64,000 bases of DNA from Chrysomallon squamiferum. Lineage: Eukaryota; Animalia; Mollusca. The position numbers and the translations under genes are program-made. Below the pieces are notes generated by a model. That model saw nothing but the letters and a program-made list of their open reading frames with translations. It searched no databases and was not told the DNA's origin. Location of the stretch: contig CM022676.1 of assembly GCA_012295275.1 (NCBI GenBank), positions 4,774,001-4,838,000 of the forward strand, read 5' to 3'. Positions within the stretch are counted from its first letter, which is position 1, and each line of letters starts with the position of its first letter. Below, one piece after another: positions 1 to 12,330 of this stretch.

Positions 1-250
1 TCTAATTATTATTATTTTATTTCTTCTAATTTATGGGTTTTTTAATTATTTTATTTAAAAAAAAAAAGTTTTAGTTATTTTATTTATTCTGTGTTCTTTT
101 TTTTGTAATCATTATTTTATTTCTTCAATTATTTATTTATTATTATTATTATTTAATTTAATTTAATTTAATTTAATTTAATTTAATTTTATTTATTTTA
201 ATTTAATTTTCTAATTTTATTTATTTAACTCACTTATTCACTTATATCAG

Positions 251-512
251 GTCAGTTCTATGTGATGATGTCACCACAGGATGTTTTACAAGGACAGAGA
301 AGCATAGCACCAAGAACATCTTACTCACCTAAAATAGAGGGAAGATCTACCAGGGACGACAGGAGACGTGCCACACACAATGAAGGTACATTTTTAAAAA
401 ACATTATCTTACACAGTGTAGAGTCCTCACAACAAATAAAATAATAATTATGGTTATGAATTTATTAATAATAAATTTATCTTTGGTGTTCAGATCTTTT
501 TATAGAATGTAG

Positions 513-557
<45 letters not shown>

Positions 558-3500
558 TCTGGTTATAAGTGTAATAAAAAAATCTGGCTTTGGTATTCAA
601 ATCCTTTTGGTAGAATGTTGTATTCTGATTGTAATAAACAAATAAATGTATTTTTTAAAATAATAATAATAAAAATATATTTTGTCTGTCTTATTGTCAG
701 TATTATTGTGTATCTGAATTACAGTAGGATTATGTAAGCCAGAACTCCATGACCCCAGTAAATAAAATATATTTTTTTCTCGGCTGTGATGTCTTTCTGG
801 AAATGTATATAAAAAAAAAACATTCCTTTTTAGCTATGTTAATAAAACATTTATGTGAAAAAGCAATAATGATTGCAGTTTCTAGATTTACCATTAAACA
901 AAACTTAAATAAAAATTCTATCTTCAGTTCCTAAACGCTGTTGATACTAAAACATACTGAGTGGGTCTCTCGAGTAAATAATCATTCATCAATTTATGAA
1001 ATATCTGACCACAAAAAAACATTACATTTCAGTTGAAAGACGAAGGAGAGACAAAATAAATACTTGGATTGTGCAGCTGTCTAAGTTGGTGCCTGACATT
1101 AGTATAGAGAGCACCAAATCTGGACAGATTCCTGCCAGTGTATGTTTGAAATTATCTTTACCTTTCTTTGACTGTATAGTATTTTTTTTTTTTTTTTTTG
1201 TGGATTGTTTTTTTCAGTTGAGAGACGGAGGAGGGACAAAATCAACACGTGGATTGTGCAGTTGTCGAAGCTGGTGCCGGATTGTGCACAGGAGTGTACA
1301 AAGTCTGGACAGGTGGCAGCCAGCGTATGTCTTAGTTTCACGTTTTGTTACAGTCTGAATTTTACCAGCCTCTTAACAGTCTGAATTTTACCAGCCTGTT
1401 AACAGGTCTGAGTTTTATAAGCCTGTTACAGTCTGAACTTTACAGGCCTCTTACAGTCTGAATTTTACCAGCCTCTTAACAGTCTGAATTTTACCAGCCT
1501 GTTAACAGGTCTGAGTTTTAAAAGCCTGTTACAGTCTTTACTTTACAGGCCTTTGTCTGAATTTTACCGCCTGTTACATTCTGGATTTTATGAGCATATT
1601 TTTTGTTTTTACCAGTTTGTAATAGTTTTGTGCCTGTTTAAGTCTGAATTTTACCAGTTTGTTACTTTCACATCTGAATTTTACCAGTCTCTCATAGTTT
1701 CATGTTTTTTTACAGTCTGAATTTTATCATCATATTTTTAATTTTCACATTTCTGAAATTTACCAGCAAGCCACAATTTTATCTTTGTCATTTTACTTTA
1801 CAAGTCTGTCATAATTTCATGTTTGTCTGAGTTTTACCAGAATGTGAAAACTGCACATTTGTCATAGATTGAAGTTTATCAGATTTATGTTTTATCATTT
1901 CAAAAGCATGTCATAGTTTCATATTTCTCATTTCATTTGTCAAATGGATTATTTTTTTACTTCTTAAATTATGTTTTGAGTTTAATTATAATCAGGTTTA
2001 AGTTGTTTAAAATGAATGACGACTGTAAATAGTATTATGTTTGATGAAGAATAATGTGAATTTTACCAATGTTGACAGAAACAACTTATTTTCTATTTCT
2101 TACTAAAATACTCCATAATTTTAATTTTGCTGTTAAAATTCAGACTTTGTATAAAAGATACAAGTAATTTAACATTTATAACCAGATAGTAATGTGGGTT
2201 TTACCAGCGTGTATGTTACCACTTGAAAGAAAATATTTCATATGCTGGTAATATTCAGGCATCATATGAAACAAACACCAGAAATAAGGGTTTTCATTCA
2301 AGTTATCTTACATCAATTATGCTGGTAAAATTCATACTTTGTATGAAAGTTGAGACTATGTAGTATAGTTCTGTGTTTGGATTTTATGAATAGGAACTGA
2401 AACTTTACAGAAACATCTTAATTTTTACATTGTGGTAACATTCAGACTCTGGCGGTTCTCAACTTATGCTACAGTTGATTTCTTCCTCTTTTTTCTTTCT
2501 TTCTTTCTTTCTTTCATTGCTTTTTTTAACACCTGACAGTTGAATAAGCATTTCTCTGTATTTTTTTACCAGTTTTTCACTATGGTAAAATTCATACTTT
2601 GTATTAAAGATTACAAGTAGAGGTATTGGTTTCATATAAACAGAAAAATGGTAGTTTGAATTTTACCAACATGAACTTGAATTATTTGGAGTCTTGTTTA
2701 TTAAAGTTAAATTCAAAAGACATTTAGTGCAGATAATGAAAATATTTCTTTCTTTTGCATGTACAGTATTTTATATTCGACCAGTTTAACGTGTTATTTT
2801 TACAGTTTGTTTGGTAAAATTCAGAAAGTTTGAAGAATATATGTGTATGCTTATATGTTTGTTTCAGAAAATTTGAAGAATATTCTTTGCTTTGTGTGTG
2901 TGTTTCAGATAGTTTGAAGTATATTTGTGTTTGCTTGTGTCTTCGTTTGTTCTGCTTCTAGTAAATAGTCGCAAATCTTTGTAGTTAACCAGATTTCAAG
3001 CTTCCATTTTACTAATTTTTTGTTTCTATTATTATTTTTTTTATTGTTATTATTAGTAGTAGTATTAGTATTATTTCCTTTCATTTTTATTATTTTTTAA
3101 TATTGTATAAATTTCTTTATTTAAAAATATATATTTATTTTTGTTTCATATTATGATCATCATTTGGGATCTGTATATTTCCTTTTAATGCTTTAGTGGG
3201 ATTTTGTATTTTCTTTTCATTTTATCATATTTTATTTTTATTTTTATTTTTATTTTTTTAATTATTACTTCTGATATATTTTCTCCTTTAAATATATGAT
3301 TTATTTTTGATTATATAGGGTTTTATTATTATTATTTTTTTGTTTGTTATTTTAATATTTATTGTTTTATATTTTTATTTATTTAAATTAGTTTCATATA
3401 TTTTTGCATTCATGTACATTTCTTTTTCTCATTGTTTACATGGTTGTATATTCACTGTTAACATTTATTTATTGTTTGTTTATTTAGATAGTTTTTAAAG

Positions 3501-4535
3501 TATTGGCATCTTTTGTATTCTTTTTTTCTTTCTTTTTTTTAGGTACTCATATATTATGATTCGATTTTGTTTATTTATTTATTATTATTATTATCATTAT
3601 TTTTATTTTTTATTATTAAGATATTAGAACTATCAGGCTTTTTTTTATTTCTGTTATATTTGTTCATTCATTAATCCATTCATTTTCGTATTGTTTTGTT
3701 ACTAAGATATTTCCATCACTCATTTATTCATTCTTTTTCATATTGTTTTGTTACTATTGTATTTCCTTCATTCATTCATTCATTTTCATATTGTTTTGTT
3801 ATTAAGGTGTTTCCATCACTTGTTCGTTCATTCATTCATTCATTCATTCATTTATTTATTTGTTCATTCATTCATTCATTCATTCATTCATTTATTTAAT
3901 CCATTCATTTATTTATAAATTTATTTATATATTTATATATTTATTTATTTATTTATTCATTTTGTTTATTTATTTATTTATATATGTATTTATTTATTTT
4001 TTATTTTTTTTATTTATTTATTTATTTATATATATATGTAATTTATATATGTATTTATTTATTTATTTATTTATGTATTTATGTATTTGTTTATTTATAT
4101 ATTTATATATTTAATTATTTATTTTGTTTATTTATTTATTTTGTTATTTATATATATATGTATATATATGTATTTATTTTTTTATTTATTTTTTTATTTA
4201 TATATATATATGTATTTATTTATTTATGTATGTATGTATGTATGTATGTATTTGTGTATTTATTTTTTTATTTATGTATTTATTTATTTATTTATTTATT
4301 TATTATATTTCAGAGTAAAGGTGGCATACTAGCCAAAGCGTGTGATTACATCACTGAACTGAGAAACGCCAACGCCCGAATGGCAGAAAGTTTAAAAGAA
4401 ACAGAAAGACTGTCCGTCGACGCGGAACTACTTCGGCAGCAGTGTGAGGAACTCAAACAGGAGAACAGCATCCTCAGGGCTCAGATGCAGCAGCACGGCA
4501 TCGTTCCACAAGATTTGGCGGGAACAACGTCGTAA
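251..4535 (+). CDS. USF: Upstream stimulatory factor (USF1/2-like bHLH-leucine zipper), 3' part; 5' exons lie outside the window
   Basis: Exons 251-385 (GQFYVMMSPQDVLQ USF-specific region ... RRRATHNE), 1033-1139 or 1218-1324 (VERRRRDKINTWIVQLSKLVPD...), and 4314-4535 (SKGGILAKACDYITELR, zipper, TAA). All have AG/GT boundaries with consistent phases (1, then 0). Motifs match vertebrate USF1 as I recall it. Confidence 0.95.
1033..1139 (+). CDS. USF: USF alternative exon A (basic end/helix 1/loop: VERRRRDKINTWIVQLSKLVPDISIESTKSGQIPAS)
   Basis: tttcag acceptor at 1031-1032, gtatgt donor at 1140; 107 nt, phase 1 to 0. Confidence 0.85.
1218..1324 (+). CDS. USF: USF alternative exon B (VERRRRDKINTWIVQLSKLVPDCAQECTKSGQVAAS)
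   Basis: tttcag acceptor at 1216-1217, gtatgt donor at 1325; 107 nt, paralogous to exon A. A possible inner donor gtggca lies at 1313. Confidence 0.85.
1347..1850 (+). repeat. Degenerate ~25-27 bp minisatellite (gttacagtctgaattttaccagcct) in the USF intron
   Basis: Unit recurs from 1347 to ~1600 and decays out to ~1850. Reverse-complement copies occur at 2131, 2244, 2321, 2431, 2582 and 2812. Confidence 0.85.
3660..4305. repeat. (CATT)n/(TTTA)n/(TATG)n low-complexity tract before the last USF exon
   Basis: Visible directly; it produces the F/I/Y/L-rich spurious ORFs. Confidence 0.9.
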
Positions 4536-6062
4536 CATTGTGCTGCATGGATGTGGAATATTTTTTTGAAAACATTCGTTTCTTTTTTTAATCTGTCAGA
4601 ATGAAGTGCTTTGTTCTGAAGTGGATGAGGTGAATAGTGATGAAGTGCAGTTGACAATTTCCCTCCCGTGAATGTAATAATATTCAGAATAACAATGTTA
4701 AAGATATATATATATGTATATATGTATCTGTGTAATATACTTTTATCTCGGATATTAATATAGGTAGATATATATATATATATTATATAACATACAGTAA
4801 TTCATTGCTAATATTATTATATTGTAAATAAGTGGTTAAATATTAATAATAACAAAATATGAAATATAAAAAGATAAAAAAAAAAGAAATAAATTATAAA
4901 TTGTTAACACAAAAAGAAAAATGATAAAAATATTTGTTTGTATGCTTATTTTTGTGTATTGGGCAAAAAAAAAAGCTTTGCTTAAATATTTAAAAAAAGA
5001 ATAATTAACGTCGCTAGTATTTATCCCAATAACATTATTAGTATGGTGGTACAGTTCAGACATTGATTCTCAAATTTGATTTTGTTTATTTTAATGTACC
5101 CTTTGACAGCTTGTCTTTACCTTCCAGTACCACCTGTTCCCTTCCAGCTTTTCTTAAAAAGTGTAAAGATTTTTAATTTACATTGTGCAAGGAGAAACTG
5201 CCATGTAATTAAAGTTATCACTCCTTGCAAGTCCCCTTCACTTCTAGAAGGCAATGTTGTCCATTTTATGGAATCGTTGGTTCAGAGATAATCAGGAATT
5301 GTTCAACAAAGATGAAGAAGAAGAAGAAGAAGAAGAACTAATTAGGAACTGCAAAATGGACACACCAATAAAATAGTAAATTTAATATCTTGATATCAGA
5401 AGCGATATAATAGTGTATCGGAAAAAAAAAAGAGAAAAAAAAAGAAATCATGTCACAAACTTGGAATTGTATCCGTTTTGCTGTCTGATACGTTGTATAA
5501 TGAAATTTTTCCCATTAAAAAGTTTTCAGAGTTTCACTGGCATCACTGAAAATCTTGAGATTTATTTTTTATCCATCTTAATTGAAGTAGCTTATGAAGT
5601 ATAAAAGTGATGTCTTTGAAAATCTCTGGGATTTTTTTTTTTTTTTATTTTTTCATGGCTGCAATGAAATAGTTCATGAAAGAGTAAAAATTTCACTGTT
5701 CTCTTGGCTGTATTAGAACAGTGTTGAAGCTTATAGGAGTGAGATCTTTGAAATACTTTTTATTTTTATTTTTTATCTTTATCTTGGTTTTCATGAAATT
5801 ATTTATGAACAAAATTAGCATTTTATGATAGATAGGTCTTCAAGACTGCAAAACACATTTCTTGGGTGAATTAAAATATTTGGAAACTTTATAAAAGTTG
5901 AATCTTCAAAAGAAATGGATTTTTTTTTTTTTATTTTTTATTTAATTTTGGTTACATTAAAATATTTATTAAATTAGGTCTTCAAGACGTTTGTTCTCTT
6001 GGATGGACTAAAATGGCTGAAACTATATAAAAGTTATATATTGGAAAGGCTAAGATATTTTA

Positions 6063-6094
<32 letters not shown>

Positions 6095-6844
6095 ATTTAT
6101 CTTATCTATGTTAAAATATTTCTTAAAGTTAGGTCTAAGAGTATGACACACTTTTATTCTCTTGGATAAACCTTATAGAAGTGATGTCTTCAAAATCCTT
6201 GAACGGTTGTTGGTTTTTTTTATTTTTTATTTTTTTAATTTTATCTACTGCAATGAAATTGTTTACCAAAGAAATCTCATAAAGAGTGAAATTTTTAGTT
6301 GTTCTCTCAGTTATATTAAAATAGATATAAAATTAAAAAATATGGCTCCTTCTCTTCTATATAATAATAACAGTATTCAGAGGGTGATATTAAACACCTT
6401 TGTATATCCTGTAATATGCTGACTTAATCATGGGTGATGTGTAGATTGTAAAATTTATTTTGTTTGCCTAGTGGATTCATAGTACATCTTACTTAATTAT
6501 TGTTTATTCTTAAAATTACATTCTTTACGTGTTCAAAATTATGCATATACTTGGTATAGATTTTTTTTTTTTTAAATGTCACTGAAGTATACTTTATTCA
6601 TTCGCTTTATTTTTGATTTATTGATTTATTTATTTATTTTGATGTTAGCTTTTGTTAACTAAATGATGTTAACAAACTGCATGATGTAAATTGTGAAGAA
6701 AAAAAAGAAATATGTCAGTTTTTATATCACTTTATTTTTCTTTTTTTTTCATAAAGACATCTGTTGTTCTCTTTTGTTTTTAAATTTAAATATTGTCTTA
6801 ATGGGACTAAACTGACATAATGTCAATTCTTCTCGTTGCTAAAT

Positions 6845-7380
6845 ATAAAAGTGTTTTCTTTAGACTTTATTAATGTAAAATGGGTTTTCTTTAGACTTTA
6901 TTAATGTAAAAGGAATTTCTTTAGATTTTGTTTATGTAAAAAGATTTTCTTTAGACTGTTAATGTAAAAGTTTTTTTTTTATATAGATTTCATTTAATGT
7001 AAAAGGCTTTTCTTTAGATTTTTGTTAATGTAAAAGGGGTTTGTTTAGTTTTTTATTGTAAAATGTTTTCTTTAAACTATGTCAGTGTAAAAGGATTTTC
7101 TTAAGAATTTGTTAACACAAAAGTGTTTTCTTTAGACTTTGGTTATGTAAAAAAAAGGTTTATTTAGGTTTTGTTAAGAATAAGGGTTTACCTAAATCAT
7201 CTGGAAGTGGTATCATTAATTTTTGTTCTGTTTGTTAAATGTAAAAAAAAAAAAAAAAAGTTTTGTGTAAATGCTGTTGAATGTAAAAGTGTTTCATTCG
7301 TGTTAAATGTAAAAGGGGAGTTCCGTTAAACGTTTTATGGATTTTGTTTGACTGTAAAAGAGTTTTGTTTTAGACAGATT
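6845..7380 (+). repeat. Degenerate ~28-30 bp tandem repeat (taatgtaaaaggnttttctttagactttgt) in the presumed USF 3' UTR
   Basis: More than a dozen recurrences of the tgtaaaa...tttag core. Confidence 0.8.
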
Positions 7381-9168
7381 CTCATTACATTTTGATAAAT
7401 GATTTATAAATAGAATTTCACAGAACATAAAGATTAACAGAAATGGTGACACTAGTGCTTTTAAACAGGAGGACTCAGTGTATTTCAATCAATGATTAGG
7501 GCTAAATACGTACATACATTATGAACTATATACAAAGATATGACAGTGAATGAATGATTTCAGAATTGTGTTATGTTAAAGAATTCTGAGCTGATCTCAA
7601 AAATTTGCAAAGAAATTTGCAAACCCAATGCTGAATCAGATTTTTAATTGTCGTGATATATATATATATATATATATATACTTGAACATCTATTGTATAC
7701 AATACACAGAATAATTTTAATTTATTAGTAATTTTATTTATTTAAATATTTATGTTTGTTTATTTTATTTTATTTTATTATATTATTATGTAATATCTTG
7801 ATATATATTTTTTTAACATAATATATTGTTTAATATCTATGATACAGATTTCATAACGATTTAATGTAAAAGGGTTTGTTGTTATTTATTTTATTTTTTT
7901 TTTCTGGTTTTTATGTTTTTGTTGTATTTTTTGTTTGGTTTTTTTTTTTTTTTTTTTGTCCATAAATCAGATAAAATTAATGAAAGATAACTTAAGATGG
8001 CTTAACACAGTATAGGGTCAAATTTAAAAATATCATTATTTTCCCCCACTTATTCTAGATTAAAAACACTTATTAGGTATAATAAAAATTAAAAATCTTT
8101 TAAAAAGTTATTATTTTTTCCACTGAATAATGCTAGACAAATGAGAGATGGTATTACTTTATTCTATCAGAAATATTCTGAAAAATTGTTATAAAAAATG
8201 TAAATAATTAATGTATATATATATTAAACATATATGTTTATAAATATAGGTATATTTCAGTGTGTGTGTGTGTGTGTGTGTGTGAGTGTAAACACTTGTT
8301 ACATACAAGAGAATAAAAAAAAAGTAAATGAAAATGTTCCTTATGTTTGTTACATATTTTTTTTTTTTAATGTTTTACTAAAATTGTTGTTGTTATCACA
8401 TATGTAATGTTATCATTTTTTATTACCATCATCATTTTTTTATGATAAAATATGATAATCACAATTGTCTTTTTTCTTTATTTTTTTTTTATTTTTTTTT
8501 TTTGTGCTTTAAATTACGTTTTAGCTTATCACACCCATTCCATTTTTTTCCATTATTGTTGCACTAATTACTTTTTTTTTTTTAATTATTATTTATAATT
8601 TTTAATTTTATTACTATTTTTATTTATTGTTTTTAAATACTGTTATTTTTTTTTTTAGTTATTTATTTTATTATTATTTATTTATTCATTTATTTGTTTT
8701 AATTCAAAAGCAATGAATATTTAATCCCTCCCATTAATTAAATTTTAGTTATAATTAGATGTCACTTCTGTTTGATTCACAATGATGAAAAATAATTTAA
8801 ATAGTTTTCAAACTGTTCAAAGGAATTCTCGTTATAAAAGAAAATCATTTCATTTAAAATTAAGATAATTTGTTTTCTTTTTCAATTTATATATATATAT
8901 ATATCATACAGAATAAATTTAAAAAACAAAGCATTAGCTCAAAATATAATACAAAGATATTTTTGAATTAAAACAACCTTGGAAAATAATTTGGTGGATT
9001 TATCTATTATATTTTTGAATATATATATATATATATAAAACTGCAATGTATATTAAAAATATAACTATTTAGTATAGTTTAATACTAACAGAAATTAAAT
9101 GTAAGAATTAATGAAATTTATTTTTATATCTGATGAATTGTTTAAATGAAACGATCACAAATTAATAG

Positions 9169-9200
<32 letters not shown>

Positions 9201-10411
9201 CATGGTCTCTTTTTAGATACCATGTGCCTACCTCACATTTAATCTTTCTTTTTTTTTTTTTAATCCATAATAAATCATGAAACAAACTTTACCAACTTTC
9301 TTTCAGTTCCTTTTTTAAATCACTGATAGCAATTTGAAATGGATCATGAAATTTTTTGAATTCTTTTTCTGGTTATGAAATCTTTTGAATTCTTTTTCTG
9401 GTTATCTTTCTATTTCTCCCAAAGCAACAAATGTTAAAAATATAATAATAATAATAATACTAATAATATGTCTTGAACTTCAGATTACTTTGTTATTTTA
9501 ATGAAATTAATAATTTTTGTCTTTGTTAGAAATGATTTGTTTTCTTGTAAATATATCTAAAAATTTGAAGAAGCAAAAAAAGAGTGATGAAGGCTTATTC
9601 ATTACCTCAAAGAGGAAAATATAATTTTAGTTTATAAATTTAATTCATTTTTAAGTTTTATTTTGCTTGTAAGATATGTATGTGTATTATATGTTCTTAT
9701 TAAATTTGTTTTTAGCGTTCAATTTAAAAATTAGATGTTTTCCTAATAATTATTTACTGATATTGTGAGCTCTCTCTCTCTCTCTCTCTCTCTTTCTCAT
9801 AACAGTTTATAAAATAATTTTTTCTTTCAGCTAATGTTTTTAGTAGAAGGGTAAAAAATGAATTTTTAGGAGGATTTGTAAACAAACAATCAGAAGTCTT
9901 AATTTTGTTAAAAATCTCCTGAATAAAAAAAAAAAAAATAACCCAATTTTAAAATAAAACAATAATGAATAAATAATACGAATGATTAGAATTTGTTAGA
10001 ATGGATATGTTGGGTTTTTTAAAGTAATTTTGGATAAATATTTGAGAATAAACAGAAATGTTACTGGATAAAGTATGAATTATTTGCTTGATAATATATA
10101 CAAAATTTATTCAGATATTGTGAATAAAAATTAGTTATTGTTTTACTCTCTTTTCTCTTTCTTTATTCTTTTTTTCTTGTTCATATTATTTCGTTTCTCC
10201 AAGCAAAAAAAAAAAATCAGAACAAAAATAATTTTCTTAAATTGAGATTAAATTATGATTATTATGATTAATAATTGAAATAAGTGAATCTTTTTTTATC
10301 ATTTATTATTATTTTTATTTTTTTTTATCTTGACTAATATCTTATGAAGAATTTAAATTTTTATTGAATAAAGGTTATACATTAATCTTTTTGCCATTGT
10401 AAATTGCTACC

Positions 10412-11646
10412 ATTTCCTAAAATAAGAAATATCTTAATTTTGTTTCATTTCCTAAGCAATTTTAAGAAATCAAGTGAAATAACATTTTCAGTATTTTATA
10501 AAAATTAATATTAATTATACCTTAAACAGATAAAAATGTTCAATAATATGAATATTCTTTCAGCTAGTGGATATTTTCTTTTTTTTTCCAGTATTATAAA
10601 ATGGAACACTTGTTACAGAATGTCAATCATTGTTTAAATCCTGTTTGTATAATTGTCATTCAAATAAAATATTTGAATGTCTTCTTCTTTCTTTTATTTA
10701 TTTATTTTTTTTTTTATTTTTTTTATTGTTTTATTAATATATAATGGTTAAGGTAATGACTTCTGTTCTACCTTCATTGACATAATTATCACAGTATCAT
10801 CTCCTATAACACAATGACCACTTTAATGGTCACCATATGAAGGTCACAGTATTGACTTATATTCTGCCTACACTGATCACTATAACATTCACAATATTGT
10901 CTTATATTGCACCTAACAATGACCACTAAACTTTTTCAAGTCATTCCTTATTTATTGTTTATTCGTTTGTGTTTATTTATAAATATCAATTGTATTTTGA
11001 GGTTTCTCTTTTTACTCTTTTTTATTTTTATTTTTTTTAAATAATAATAAAAATTAAAGATATTATAACAAAAAATAAACAAGATATTACTTTCAAACAA
11101 TTTATTATTTTACAATTAACAAAGATTCTTCTTCACTTGAACTAAGAAACGTTCACACTTACACGAAACACAAAAGGAATGATGAAAGTTACAAATTGCA
11201 CAGACAAATCACTACATCCCCACTAATTTGGCAGTTTTTTTTTAACCTTTACTGATCAGTAAATATATTCATAAAGAGAAGATGCTGTGATCCAGTGATA
11301 GGAAAAGTTTTCATTGGTACATTGACTTTAACAAGGAAGGTAACATTTATCAGTAGTTCAGCTTTTCTGATGATAAAGGTTGCCCAAACCTGGTCTAATC
11401 TGTTTTGTATATATATTTTTTTTCTTTTATATATATATATTATGTATGTGTGTGTGTGTGTTGTGTATGTAATGTGAAATATTTCCTAAAATAAGAAATA
11501 TCTTAATTTTGTTTCATTTCCTAAGCAATTTTAAATCAAATGAAATAACATTTAGAATAATGTATAAAAATTAATAACTTCAATGATAACTTAAACAGAT
11601 AAAAATGTTGAATAATATGAATCTTCTTTCAGTTAATGGATATTTT
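10412..11646 (+). repeat. Pair of ~165 bp direct repeats (10412-10577 and 11481-11646)
   Basis: Both begin atttcctaaaataagaaatatcttaattttgtttcatttcctaagcaattttaa and end tctttcagytartggatatttt. Confidence 0.9.
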
Positions 11647-12296
11647 GATTTATATATATATATAAATAAAAGTATTTTTGTTTTTTAAATTATTATTATT
11701 TTATCTATTTATATATTTTTAGTATTTTCTTGTTTATTTATTATTATTTTTTTTTTTTTTAATATCAGTTCTGAGAAAAAATATAAACAACAAATATGGC
11801 CAAAAAAAAATTGTTCATAAACTTTTGTAAAATTCAAAAACAAACCCATTTTTTGTAATTTATAATAAACTGACTGGTTATAAGTTATGGGTTGGCAGAC
11901 AATACTGATATAAAAATACCTGAAAAAATAATTTTTTACTATTTATATTTTTACTGTATGTCATGCATACCCAAAGACATAATTTTTGGAGAGAGGGAGG
12001 GGGAGAGAGAGAGAGAGAAGAGAAAGTAAGAAATAACGAATGTGTGAGCGTGTGTGTGTCCCCTGCAAATAAATCATAACACCAAATACAGCAATAACAA
12101 GACACACCATCTTGTTACATTGAATTAGAAATGTGTTCTTTCTTTAATAATTTTTTTTTTTATACAGTGTAATCTGTAAACATTCCATTAATTAATATTT
12201 CTTCATTAATTTCGATGCACTATTCTACAAACCGGAATGGTTTAATGTCATATAATCTCAAACTACTAATAAATATAATTTCAGTGTCTCAAAAAA

Positions 12297-12330
<34 letters not shown>

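Noticed and set aside
996-1358. Continuous ORF through USF exon A, the 78-nt intron and exon B
   Set aside because: Exon B is read out of frame and the intron is poly-T. It is better explained by two alternative exons, although intron retention cannot be excluded.
3696-4313. Several long F/I/Y/L-rich ORFs, including the N-terminal part of ORF 3984-4535
   Set aside because: They are translations of (TTTA)n/(CATT)n tracts; only 4314-4535 is a real exon.
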